A stretch of 64,000 bases of DNA, from contig NC_086108.1 in the NCBI RefSeq assembly GCF_963921235.1, forward strand, positions 109,804,001 through 109,868,000, written 5' to 3'. The translations under genes were made by a program, and so were the position numbers. This DNA comes from Mobula hypostoma (taxonomy: Eukaryota). Position 1 is the first letter of the stretch. Each line of letters starts with the position of its first letter. A model generated the notes under the pieces. It had not been told where the DNA came from. It searched no databases and saw only the letters and a program-made list of their open reading frames with translations. Shown one piece after another: positions 49,991 through 62,992 of this stretch.

Positions 49991-52193
49991 TTAGTGAGAA
50001 GAGTTTGATTGATAAACTCTGATAACATTAGAGATCATTTTCATACCTATGATCTCCTTTGAAGATGCTGTCTGTTTTTGCCCATTAATCGAACACACAA
50101 CATAAAACAACAATGTTCAGCTGACCTTTCAGCCAACTGCAAGATCAATCTCACCTACCGCCCCCACCCCACATAGTCCTCCATTGTTCCATCATCTATG
50201 TGCCTATCTAAGAGTTTCTTAAATATCACCAATCTATCTGCCTCTACCATCACCCCAGGCAACATGTTCCACGTACCCACCATTCTGTGTAAAAAAAACC
50301 TACCTCTGACATCCCCCCCTATACTTTCCACCAATCACCTTAAAATTATGCTCCCTTATATTAGCCATTTCTGCCCTGGGAAAAAGTCTCTGGCTGTCCA
50401 TTATATCTATGCCTCTTATTATCTTGTACACCTCTATAAAGTTGCCTTTCATCCTCCTTCACTCCTACGAGAAAAGCCCCAGCTCACTCAAATTGACCTC
50501 ATAAGACATTCACTCTAATCCGGACAGTGTCCTGGTAAATCTCCAGAACTAAACACACCAACTCCAAGTGTGGTCTAACCAGAGTTTAACTGTTTATTCC
50601 TGTCCACTGATGCTGCCTGACTGGCTGAATCTGCTAAGGGTTTTGAGCAGGGGTTTCCAACCCTTTTTTACGTAATGGACCAATACCGTCAAGCAAAAGG
50701 TCCATGGAACCCATGGCTGGGAATCGGGTTTAAAGGGAAAATAAGCCTAGCTTGGATGTAGTATTCCAAAGCACGTCTTAGAAGCAGAGGCGTGTGATAA
50801 ATAGAAGGGCAGGCAGAGGACTTGGACAACTAATCCTAAAGCTGTGTGTTGAGGATGAAGGTTTGAAAAAGAGAGTTGGAAGGCTCTGGGAAGGAATTGC
50901 CGAGTTTGGCCACACACAATGGAAGGCACAACACCGAGCAACCAGGCATGGGAAAGAGGGGTGTGTTTGGGGTGTTGGATTGGAGGAGGTTACTGACTGG
51001 GGGGAGGGCAGGGGGTGGCACGATAGAACAGTGGTTAGCATATCGCTTTACAGCATCAGTGAACAGGCTTCAATTCCCACTGCTATCTCTAAGGAGTTTG
51101 CACATTCTGCTTGTGACCACGTGGGTTTCCTCCAGGTGCTCCGGTTCCTAAAGATGTACAGTTAGGGTTAGTGAGTTGTGGGCATGCTTCGTTGTGCTGG
51201 AAGTGTGGCAACACTTACGGGCTGCCCCCCCCTCCAAAATAAAGACCCTGGACCATGTTGACGCAAAACACCACATTTCACTGAATGTTTCAATTTGCAT
51301 GTAACAAAAAAAGCTGATTTTTACAGAGGTAGAAGCAGCATTTGTCCACTGACTATAAAGAAAACTGGTTGCCACTTGGTTGGCATAGTTTTATGGGATG
51401 GGCACATCTGTGAATGGAGGTCAGCTGAGCCCAGGCTCTGGCGCGAGGTGTCCGTGAACAACTCATCAACTAACAAGATCTGCCTGACCAGCTGAGTTCC
51501 TCCAGCACTTTCTCTGGATTTCCGGAAATGCAGCATCTCTTGTGTTTATGATTTGTTACTCCACTGCAAAGTCTCTATGCAAGCCTATCCCAAAGAAGTT
51601 TAAATCTTCTCTTCGAAGGGATTTCAGTGAGACCCTTTCTCACTACTCCCCCTCTAAGGTCTTCCCCTTCCTTTCCAGTCCTGATGGTCTTGGCCTAAAA
51701 CATCAACTGTTTATTCCCCTCCATAGATGCTGCCTGACTTGCTGAGTTCCTCCATCTTAGACCAAAAGACATAGGAGCATTCGGCCGTTGAGTCTGCGCT
51801 GCCAATTCATCATGGCAGATTTATTATCTCTCTCAACCATATTATCAGAATTAGAATCAGGTTTATTGTCACCGGCAATGTGACGTGAAATTTGTTCACT
51901 TAGCAGCAGCAGTTCAATGCAATACATAATATAGAAGCAAAAAAGAATAATAATAATAATAAATAAGTAAATCAATTACAGTATACGTATATTGAATAGA
52001 TTTAAAAAACGTGCAAATTTCACAATGAACTCAATCATATTGTGATCACTGTCTCCTAAGGCTTTTTTACCTGAAGCTCTCTAATCATCTCCAGTTCATT
52101 ACATAACACCCGTACAGGTAATCCTCCAGAAGGCTCAATGACAAACTGCTCTAAAAAGTCATCTCTTAGACATTCACCAAATTCACTTTCTTG

Positions 52194-55100
52194 AATCAGA
52201 ATCAGAATCAGGTTTATTATCACCGGTATATGACGTGAGATTTGTTAACTTCGCAACAGCAGTTCATTGTAATACCATAAAACAGAATAGTAATAATAAT
52301 GAATAAGTATATCTTATTCAGTATAATTGTGTGGGTATGTGGCCACGTGTTTAAGGCACTGGATTAGCGACCTGAAGGTCGTGAGTTTGAGCCCCAGCCG
52401 AGGGAATGTGTTGTGTCCTTGAGCAAGGCACTTAATCACACATTGCTCTGCGACGACACTGGTGCCAAGCTGTATGGGTCCTAATGCCCTTCCCTTGGAC
52501 AACATCGGTGTCGTGGAGAGGGGAGACTTGCAGCATGGGCAAATGCCGGTCTTCCATACAACCTTGCCCAGGCCTGCGCCCTGGAGAGTGAAGACTTTCC
52601 AGGTGCAGATCCAGGGTCTCGAAAGACCAAGGGATGCCTTCACTTTACTTTATTCAGTATACTTTATACAGTACACGTGTACTGAATAATTAAAAATTGT
52701 GCAAAAGACAGAAATACTATATATTAAAAAAAAGTGAGGTAGTGTCCAAGGGTTCAATGTCCATTTAGAAATTGGATGGCAGAGGGGAAGAAGCTGTTCC
52801 TGAATTGCTGAGTGTGTGCCTTCAGGCTTCTATACCTCCTACCTGATGGCAGCAGTGAGAAAAGGGCATGCCCTGGGTGCTGGACATCCTTAATAACGGT
52901 CGCTGCCTTTTTGAGACACTGCTCCTTGAAGATGTCCTGGGTACTATGGAGGCTAGTACCAAGATGGAGTTGATTAAATTTACAACCCTCTGCAGCTTCT
53001 TTCGTCCTGTGCAGTAGCCCCCCCCCCCCCACCATACCAGACAGCGATGCAGCCTGTCAGAATGCTCTTCACGGTACATCTATAGAAGTTTTTGAATGTA
53101 CTTGTTGACATACCAAATCTCTTCAAACTCCTAATAAAGTATAGCCGCTGTCTTGCCCTCTTTATAACTGTATTCGTATGTTGGGACCAGGTTAGATCCT
53201 CAGAGATCTTGACTCCCAGGAACTTGAAGCTGCTCACTCTCTCCACTTCTGATCCCTCTATGAGGATTGGTATGTGTTCCTTTGTCTTACCCTTCCGGAA
53301 GTCCACAATCAGCTCTTTCATCTTACTGACACCGAGTGCCAGGTTGTTGCTGTGGCACCACTCCACTAGTTGGCATATCTCACTCCAATATGCCCTCTTG
53401 TCACCACCTGAGATTCTACCAACAATGGCTGTATTTGAGCTACACCTAGCCACACAGTCATGGGTATAGAGAGAGTAGAGCAGTGGGCTAAGCACACACC
53501 CCTGAGGTGCACCAGTGTTGATCGTCAGTGAGGAGGATATGTTATCACCAATCTGCACAGATTGTGGTCTTCCGGTTAGGAAGTTGAGGATCCAATTGCA
53601 GAGGGAGGTACAGAAGCCCAGGTTCTGCAACTTCTCAATCAGGATTGTGGGAACAATGGTGCTAAATGCTGAGCTATAGTCGATGAACAGCATCCTGATG
53701 TAGGTGTTTGTGTTGTCGAGGTGGTCTAAAGCCACGTGGAGAGCCATTGAGATTGCATCTGCCATTGACCTATTGTGGTGATAGGCAAATTGCACATACC
53801 TGGTCCTTGCTGAGGCAGGAGTTCAATCTAGTCATGACCAACCCCTCAAAGCATTTCATCACTGTAGATGTGAGTGCTACCGGGCGATAGTCATTAAGGC
53901 AGCTCACGTTATTCTTCTTGGGCACTGGTATAATTGTTGCCTTTTTGAAGCTAGTGGGAACTTCTGTCCGTAGCAGTGAGAGGTTGAAAATGTGCTTGAA
54001 TACTCCTGCTAGTTGGTTGGCGCAGGTTTTCAGAGCCTTACCGGGTACTCCATCAGGACTTCCTGCCTTGCGAGGGTTCATTGTCTTTAAAGACAGTCAA
54101 ACATCAACCTCTGAGACAGAGATCACGGGTCATCAGGTGCAGCAGGGATCTTCACAGCTGCAGTGGTATTCTCCCTTTCAAAGCGTCCATAGAAGGCATT
54201 GAGTTCATCTGGTAGTGAAGCATTGCTGCCATTCATGCTATTGGGTTTCGCTTTGTAGGAAGTAATATCTTGCAGTCCCTGCCAGAGTTGTCGTGCATCC
54301 GATGTCACCTCCAACCTCATTCGAAATTGTCTCTTCGCCCTTGAAATAGCCCTCCACAAATCATACCTGGTTTTCTGGTACAGGCCTGGGTTGCCAGACT
54401 TGAATGCCACAGATCTAGCCTTCAGCAGATGACGTACCTCCTGGTTCATCCATGGCTTTTGGTTTGGGAATGTATAGTAAGTCTTTGTAGACACACACAC
54501 CCATCCATGCAGGCTTTAATGAAGTAGGTAACCACTGCAGTATACTCAGCCAGATTCAAAGATGAATCCCTGAATACAGTCCAGTCCACCGATTCAAAGC
54601 CATCTTGTAGGCGTTCCTGTGCTTCCCTTGTCCATACCTCCTTGGTCTTCACTACTGGTGCTGCAGTCTTCAGTCTCTGTCTATACTCAGGGAGTAGAAC
54701 TACATCCAGGTGATCAGACTTCCCGAAGTGAGGGTGTGGAATAGCACGGTAGGCATTCTTGATGGTGGTGTAGTAATGATCCAGTGTGTTGTTTCCTCTG
54801 GTATTGAAAGCGATCTGTTGATGGTAATTGCTTCGTGACTTTTTCAGACCGGCCTAGTTAAAATCTCCCAAAACAGTGGTGAAGCTGTAAGGGTACGCTT
54901 TTTACTGCATGTTGATCCCATTGTTCAGATCATCTAAAGCTTGACTGACATTGGCCTGAGGTGGAATGTATACTGCTACCAAAATGACCCCAGAGAACTC
55001 CCGTGGTAGGTAAAAAGGACAGCACTTAACTGCTAGATATTCTAAGTCTGGTGAGCAGAATTGAGACGGCACTGATATATCTGTGGACCAAGAAGAGTTG

Positions 55101-55570
55101 ATCATGAGGCATACTCCACCTTTTGAGAGACTCTATAGATCCATCCTAACGGTGTAGAGTAAACCCGTGCATCTGAATTGCTGCATCCAGTACGGAAGGG
55201 GTTAACCAGGATTCTGTGAAACAAAGGACACACGCTGTCCTAATGTCCCTCTGATTCAGCACCCTAGCTCTGAGATCATCGATCTTATTCACCAGAGACT
55301 TCATGTTTGCCAGCGAGATAGTCGGTATTGGGAGATTAAAACCCCGTTTCCTCAAACACACTTGTAACGCCGATCTGCAGCCATGCTTCCTCCATCCACA
55401 ATCAGAGTTGTTTCCATCAGTTTTAAGCATTGATAGTTCATTTAAATGCATTAAGACATCTTTGTTGACTGTACTGACCTTGGAAGCAGTTGTTTTTTTT
55501 TAGCTATAACAGGCTGAAAAGAGAATATTTAATCATATCCATTGAGAGTACTGCTGATACTCGCATCGCC
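52194..55570 (-). mobile_element. Near full-length decayed Rex1/Babar-clade LINE (APE plus RT)
   Basis: [73 protein letters not shown]; (attctg)n-type tail near 52194-52212. Confidence 0.9.
52326..52649 (+). mobile_element. tRNA-derived SINE with CORE-like segment, inserted in the Rex1 3' UTR
   Basis: tggccacgtgtttaaggc...gagtttgagccc boxes; gtgtccttgagcaaggcactt; 12-bp TSD ttattcagtata at 52314-52325 and 52650-52661. Confidence 0.75.
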
Positions 55571-55959
55571 TCTAGGTACCCCGGAAGACATCCATTACCA
55601 ACCTGATTTTCCCAATCTACCTGCATGTTAAAATCTTCCATGACTATCACGGGAGACTCAGCACCCGGGACACACCCTCTTCTCACTGCTATCATCAGGG
55701 ATGTACAGGAGTCTGAGGACACAAGCTCAATGATTCAGGAACAGCTTCTTCCCCTCTGCCATCAGATTTCTGAATGGACATTGAACCCATGAACACTACC
55801 TCACTAATTTTTTTTTTCCTTTTGTGCTCTCTTTTAGCACTACTTAATTTAATGTTATATATTTATATATATCTATTGCAATTCATTGATTTTTTATTAA
55901 GTATTGCAATGTCATGCTGCCACAAAACAAATTTCATGACATGTTAGAATTATAATGAG

Positions 55960-57125
55960 AATTTTTACTTCTTGCATCCATCTCACATGAGGGAGTAAAA
56001 ATCTTTATTTTGTATCTTCATCACTATGTACAGGCAATAAGGAAGGAAATGTGAGAATATATTGACCAAACACTAAGTGTGTATACAGAATTGTTTAGTA
56101 TACATGTATGTACAGTCAGATTTGCAATCAGATCAATGTATATTGATCAATCGGATGGCCTGGTGAAAGAAGCTGTCTCGTAGCCTGTCGCTCCTGGCCT
56201 TAATGTTGTGGTACCATTTGCCAGATGGAATCAGCAGAAACAGTTTGTGTTTGGGGTGACTGGAGTCCCTGATGATCCCTCGGGCCCCTTTTTACACTCC
56301 TACTGCTGTAAATGTCCTGAATAGAGGAAAGTTCACATCCACAAGTGCACTAGGCTGTCCGCACCACTCTCTGCAGTGCGCTGCGATTGAGAGTAATACA
56401 GTTCCCGTACCAGGCGATGATACAGCCAGTCAGGATGCTCTCGATTGTGCCCCTGTAGAAAATCCTGAGGATTTGGGGACTCATGCCGAACTTCTTCAGC
56501 CATCTGAGGTAAAAGAGGCGCTGCTGTATTTTTTTCACCACACAGCCGGTATGTAGAGTCCAGGTGAGATCCTCAGTGATGTGTATACCGAGGAACTTGA
56601 AACTATTCACCCTCTCAACTACAGCCCCATTGGTGTCAATAGGGGCTAGCCTGTCTCCATTCCTCCTGTAATCCATGATCAATGCCTTCATTTTTTCTAC
56701 ATTGAGGAAGAGGTTTTTTTTGGCACCACTGTGTCAGGGCATTGACTTCTCTGTAGGATGTCTCATTGCTGTTGGAAGTAAGGCCTATCAATATCATGTC
56801 ATCTGCAAATTGGTCAGCAGATTGGATTTGTGTGTGGAGTAGAGGAGGGGGCTTAGGACACAGCCCTGGGGGTCTTCAGTGTTGAGGGTTAGGAGGTGGA
56901 GTTGAGCGTGCCCATCCTTACCACCTGCTGGCAATCCGACAGGCGGGGTGCAGGCCGAGGTCTCTGAACTTCTCGTTGAGCCTGGGGGTGATTATGATGT
57001 TAAATGCTGAACTCTAGCCCAAGAAGGCATCCTAACGTAAGCATTCCTCTTCTCCATGTGAGTGAGGACAGTATGTAGATCTGTGGCTATGGCATTGTCG
57101 GTTGATCGGTTGTGTTGGTAGGTGA
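55960..57125 (-). mobile_element. Rex1/Babar RT fragment
   Basis: FKFLGIHITEDLTW...FYRGTIESILTGCI. Confidence 0.85.
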
Positions 57126-58167
57126 ACTGTAGGTGCCAGTGATGTTAAACCTGAATCTGATTCTGATTCCGATACTTTGGCTGTCAATCCAATAAATTAC
57201 CAATAAGCCACAAGGCCACTTCTCACTGCCACAAGCAGAATCCCAGTCCAGGAAAATCTCACTCTGCATTAATAAAACACTTGAAAAATAAAACTCCATG
57301 AAAAAATAAATTTGCAAAGCCTGTTGAGGACTTTTTATTCTGCACTCTGTTATCGTTTGACCTTGTCCTACCTTAAAGCACCGTTTCAATGAATTGATCT
57401 GTATGGATGATATGGAAAACAAGCTTTACACTGTAACTCAGTACATGTGACGATAATAAAACTATTTACCAAGGCGTGAACATAGAGTGCTACAGCACAG
57501 TACAGCCCCTTCAGCCCAGCCTTTTAACCTACTCAAAGATCAATCTAACCCCTCCTACCTCGTGCTCCATTTTTCTATCATCCATGTACCTACACAAGAA
57601 TTTCTTAAATGCCCCCAGTGTATCTGCATCTACCACCAGCCCTGACAGCATGTCCCACGCACCCACCTATCCCTGTGTAATGGACTTACCTCTGACATCC
57701 CCCTCCACACTTTCTTCCAGTCATCTTAAATTTACAGTCTTCCCCACCATTTTTTAATTTATTTGGCGATACACCACAGTAATAAACCTTTCCAGCCCAA
57801 CAAATCAATGTGACCAATTAACCTACTAACCCCTACATCTCTTGAATGTGGGAGGAAACTGGAATAGCTGGAGGAAATCCACGCGGTTACAGGGAGAACA
57901 TACAAACTCCTTAGAGACAGCAGTGGGAATTGAACACTGTAACAGCACTGCACTAATCTACTACACTACCATGCAGCAAATCATATAAGCTACTTCCACC
58001 CAAGGGAAATGTCTCTGCCCGTCCATTCGATCTAGACCTCCTATCATCTTGCACACCTCTGTCAGGTCACCCCTCAGCCTCCTTTGCTCCAGAGAGAGAA
58101 GTGGAAAGTTAGCAGAAGTCAGCAGCGCTCTGCTGAGCTGAGGTCATCGGGTGTCTCCAGTGCTTAC

Positions 58168-58451
58168 CGGCGCAGAGTGGATGGTTCCCAGGCTGGTACT
58201 GTGCGGGATTTGCTGGGTGACGGCGCTGCGGTTCAAAGACTGCGACCGAACGCCTGAGGCCAGTCTGGACAGGGGCATCACGGGCTTGCCGGAGGCCGTT
58301 CGTGGCTCTGCTGCTGGTGGTTGCGGTTGCGTTGCCAGAGACGCGATGGAACGAGGGCAGGAGGTAGAACGTCGAATTGGCACGGATGCAGTTGGTGACA
58401 TTGAAGGGGATGGTTTTTTCCTCAATGCCAGTGGATTCCTCTGCGCCCTAC
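58168..58451 (-). CDS. TTLL7: TTLL7 internal coding exon (284 nt, phase 1 to 0): RAQRNPLALRKKPSPSMSPTASVPIRRSTSCPRSIASLATQPQPPAAEPRTASGKPVMPLSRLASGVRSQSLNRSAVTQQIPHSTSLGTIHSAP
   Basis: Acceptor tgttctcAG and donor CCG/GTAAGC; open frame. IRRSTSCPRSI, RSQSLNR and IPHS match the human TTLL7 C-terminal region as I recall it (IRRSVSCPRSI, RSHSLNR, LPHS). The 5' boundary is less certain than the 3'. Confidence 0.85.
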
Positions 58452-59007
58452 CTGAGAACAGACCCCAACAGAGAATACAACATTAAAACACCTTCCTTTT
58501 TGCCTGCCTCGCTTCTAGAATCCAACCCCAAGGACAGCTTCTACCTCACTCTTATAAGACCACTTGTACGTTAAGAGGAGTAAATATTTCACCCAGGGGT
58601 TCATCAGTATATGAAATGATCTGCCAGGAGAAATGGCTGAGGCAGGTACAGTAACATCTTTTAAAAGACTATACAGTAAGACATAGGAGCAGGATGATGC
58701 CATTCAGCCCATCGAGTCTGCTCCACTACCTCATCATGGCTGATTTATTAACCCTCTCATTCTCCTGATTACCCCCTGCAACCTTTGTCACCCTGACTAA
58801 TCAGGAACCTATCAACCACCACTTTAAATATACACAATGACTTGGCCTCTTTCTTAGATAAGAGGCACAAATCTACACACAATACTGAAAGTGACATCTG
58901 ACCAATGCCTTATAAAGTTTTAACATAACGTCCTCAGCATTGCAGACACTAAACCTCATTTGGATTCTGCCCCTTCTATCCTCTCTGTAGCAGGTGAGTT
59001 TACTCAC

Positions 59008-59133
59008 TTCGCTGGCACCAATGTTGAACACGATGGATTTGGGCTTTCTCCTCTGGTTCACTTCCACTGTTCTGCTGCTGTTTGCCCTCAGCCCAGACTT
59101 GTGGGTCCTCTCGTGTGGTCACTCCGTTCTCCC
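59008..59133 (-). CDS. TTLL7: Candidate additional TTLL7 exon (126 nt, symmetric phase 1-1): ENGVTTREDPQVWAEGKQQQNSGSEPEEKAQIHRVQHWCQR
   Basis: Acceptor tgtttgttggtttgcAG and donor GAA/GTGAGT. Only the phase-1 frame is open, and it fits the phase-1 start of exon 58451. No recognisable homology. Confidence 0.55.
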
Positions 59134-59565
59134 CTGCAAACCAACAAACACAAGCCGGACAATTCAGAATCAAGCTTATTATCGCTAACTTGCGTCGTGA
59201 AATTTCAGCAATACAAATGGTTCAATTTATTTTCAGAGAATGGATACAATATGTAACCTGAAATTCTTACAGTAGCGAAGTCCCCAAAGAGACCATGAAC
59301 TAGAGTCCTTCAAAAACTACTGGTCATCCTAACACTTCAACATCTCAGACAGGCTCTCTCTCAATAGAGAGGGAGAGAGAGATATCGCTCCTGCAACAAC
59401 GGGAAAGAAGACCATGTTTCGATGTTACCATCTTCCACGTCACTTCTCCGAGCCCCCCAACTGAGGACCAACAGACTCGCACTCACCATCGAGAGAGAGA
59501 AGTCTTACTGAGTTCCCCAGCATTTTGTGTATGTTGCTCAAGATTTCACACAGCTGCAGAATCGC

Positions 59566-60170
59566 TTAGATTATGAAGACACATAGTCCTCTTTTATTGT
59601 CATTTAGTAATGCATGCATTAAGAAATGATACATTATTTCCTCCGGTGTGATATCACAAAACACAGGACAGACCAAGACTGAAAAAACTGACAAAATCAC
59701 ATAATTATAACATATAGTTACAAACAGTGCAACAATACCATAACATGATGAAGAAGTCCATGAGCACAGTAAAGTTCAAAGTCTCTCAAATGTCCCACAT
59801 CTCACGCAGACGGGAGAAGGAAGGAAAACTCTCCCTGCCATGCCGACCACAATCCAACTCTGAGTCATCCGAAAACTTCGAACTCTGATCAGCTCTCCGA
59901 CACCGAGTACTGAGCGCCATCTTTGTCTGAGCGATTCGACCTCCTTCTCAGTCCCCAACAGCAGGCAAGGTCGGGGATTTTGAGGCCTACCCTCCGAAAG
60001 ATTCCAGACCACGCAGTAACGACAGCAGCGAACGAGCGTTTCAGAAATTTCTCCAGATGTTCCTCTGTGCTTTCATATCCATTCTCCATCAAATCAGAAT
60101 TGTCCACGGCCCCTATTTAACAGATACGACATCATTTTTCACACGCAGGTGCGCCGCCATCTTCTCCTCC
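59566..60170 (-). mobile_element. Non-coding LINE-derived element
   Basis: The minus strand starts ggaggagaagatggcggcgc and ends with an aataaaag-containing tail; it interrupts an old pseudo-LTR fragment. Confidence 0.5.
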
Positions 60171-62791
60171 TGCCCATCCGCTTGCCTTTATGTTTTGAAA
60201 TTTGTTGGTTTTGTGACAGCAGTACAGTTAAAGACATAAAAGTTACATCAAGTTAGATTGACAGAGAGTGCAGAAGGGGAACGTTGAGCTAGTGTTCATG
60301 GGTTCATTGTCCATTAAGAAATCCGATGGCAGAGGGGAAGAAGCTGTTTCTGAATCATTGAGTGTGAGTCTTCAGGCTTCTGAACCACCTCCTAGATGGT
60401 AGTATTGAGAAGAGGGCATGTCGTGGATGGATAGAGTACTAATGACGGATGGTGCCTTGATAGTGGAGAGGATGAAGCTGACTGAGTTACAATCCTATGC
60501 AGCCTCTTGCGATCCTGTCTGCTGGGAATCTCTATACCAGGCTGTGATGCAACAGTCATAGCGCTCTCCACTGTTACAATATTTAAGTTACAATTGTTCT
60601 TGTGTATCTGTTGAAAGCCCTGCTCAAAGCTCGGCAGTGGAAGCCATGAGTGGAGGCAGATTCAGAAGCACATTTGCTGGACCCCAGCGGAGCTGCTGAT
60701 ACCACCTGCAAGTTGGTGCTATCGATGACTGTGCCATCAAAGCCTATATGATGGTCGCTTCTTGCTGGGAAAATTCCATACGGGAAGGAAGATTTCCCAA
60801 AGAGATTCCCAGGGAAGGCTGACTGAAGTTTTTTCATAAATATTTCCCTAAGATATAGGAACAGATTTAGGCCATCCATCCCATCAAGTCTGCTCCGCCA
60901 TTCAAACATGGCTGATTAATTTCCCCTTTCAAACTCTCCTCTTACCTTTGGTCACATTCTCTGGTCATCAGCAGAGTTTTCTGAGGGATGAGTTTTTGCT
61001 ATTGTGTTTGTTTGTATTGTCTGCACTTTATTAATTATAATGTAATTTTTCACTTCAGGTTCTTATGTGTTATTGTTAGGTCTTTTCTAGTTTATATTTA
61101 AGTTACAATTGTTCTTGGATACTTCCAATGAATTTTCCTCAAGACTTTGCAGGTATCCAACTAAGTATCCTTGGACTTTAGTCTCTCATCCAAATGGTTA
61201 CTGATAAGCTTGGCAAGGATCTAGTATTTTATTTAGCTGGGCATGGATTACTTCATCCCATAACCTTCGAGACACTGATTAATCAAGATCATATCTACCT
61301 CCACTTTAAATATACCCAATGACTTGGCCTCCACAGCCAACTGTCCACCACTTGATCCCAGACACCCCTTGCAAAACCCACAGTGCATAGAGGGTGATGT
61401 GTCAAAAGGAACTTTCTGAAAATATTTGTGGAATATTCACTGTAATCTCTTTCTAGTAACCACGCGACTCAAGCACAATTTTTCTCTAACCTAATCCCAA
61501 CCTGGAGCAGATGCCAGCAAATCTGAAATTTAATCCAGTCACGGAGTGCAAATGGGTGCAAAAAAGACTCAAATCTGTACTCAGCCAAAAATGTGATGTT
61601 GCACACTTTGAACATGACACAAGTTAAACTATCCAAAACCCTCCCCACCCCAAACAAAAATCAAACTATTTACCTTGTCATGAAGGTGGTGTGAACGAAG
61701 ATACATCAACTGCCTAGTACAGGAGTGGGTACAATATATCTGTGCCAAGTTAAATTAGACATTTTCAGGGGTAACTGGTTCCTTAAGTTTGTCATAGCTG
61801 GGGGTACTGGTGGTGATAAGCTCCCACTATGTATTAAATGCTCCCAATGATGTGTGTCTCAAATAGCCTCTGACAACCAAATCCAGCTCCTGTCCTTCAC
61901 GTTACTAAGCCCAGCAGAAACATTTCTACTGACAGAAAAAGGGGCAAAGGTGGATTACTGGCGCCTTAAAACCAGTCACATCAGGCAGATGGGGCTCGTC
62001 AGCTGTGGCTGGCAGCTCATCTAAGAGAAGGAAAACTCTGATCTCAAATCTCTGCTGCCTTGTTGCTCAACCCACCCATGGGGAAGGCTTCAGGAGTAAA
62101 CCTCAAGGAAAAACCCTGAACTGGAGTCGCTAAGGCAGGCCTAAGTTGAGTTCAACGGTGACTGGTAACTCCTGTGATGCCACTGGTGTCAAACTGTATC
62201 AGTCTCTGCCGTTCCTCTGGAGTCATCAGCTGCATGGAGAGAAGAAGCCTGGTGATGGGCAACAGCTTGCTCTCCATATCCTACTGCCTTGGCTTGCATA
62301 TCATATAGATGGCTTGGGCGGAACATCCATGGTTATCACCCACCAACAGAGGTCCTCAAAGAAGTAACCAAAAGGGTAGGTGAGGCTAGGGAAATGGATG
62401 TTGCATCCAAGCTCTCAAGGTCCTCCATGATAAGCTGGTCTGAAAGGTTAGGTCCCAAGGAATTCGGAGAGAGCTAGTTAGGCGGATTCAAAACTGCCTC
62501 AGAGTTAGGAAGCAGAGGGTGGCCATAGTCAGTAGGGATTGTTGGTTATTTACACAGTATACTTGAATGTGAAGGCACAAAGGCTTAACCAACAAGTTTG
62601 CAGATGACATGAAACGTGGAGGCGTTGTTGACAGTGAAGAAGGTGGTGTACAGGAGGATCTGGATCGGTTGGGGAAACGGGCCAAGGAGTAGTAAATGGA
62701 TTTCACTCCAGGTAAATGTAAGATGATGCACTTTGTAAAGGCAAAGCATTGTAGGACTAGGGAGAGTAATAGAACAGAAGGATCTAGGAGT

Positions 62792-62992
62792 ACAACACAC
62801 ATAAAAGTTGCTGGTGAACACAGCAGGCCAGGCAGCATCTCTAGGAAGAGGTACAGACCTTCGAAGGGTCTCGGCCCAAAACGTCGACTGTACCTCTTCC
62901 TAGAGATGCTTCCTGGCCTGCTGCGTTCACCAGCAACTTTGATGTGCGTTGCTTGAAATTCCAGCATCTGCAGATTTCCTCATGTTTGCGTT
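62792..62992. mobile_element. Palindromic pseudo-LTR element with truncated hammerhead, inside a CR1 remnant
   Basis: aaagttgctggtgaac...ggaagaggtacag mirrored by ctgtacctcttcc...gttcaccagcaacttt; no TSD seen. Confidence 0.8.

Noticed and set aside
51321..51480. Possible extra TTLL7 exon (VDELFTDTSRQSLG...)
   Set aside because: No convincing donor, and the flanking exons already join in frame.
58151..58486. Plus-strand 111-aa ORF, and the alternative open minus-strand frame (GAEESTGIEEK...)
   Set aside because: Shadows of the TTLL7 exon; only the RRSTSCPRS frame matches TTLL7 and the downstream phase.
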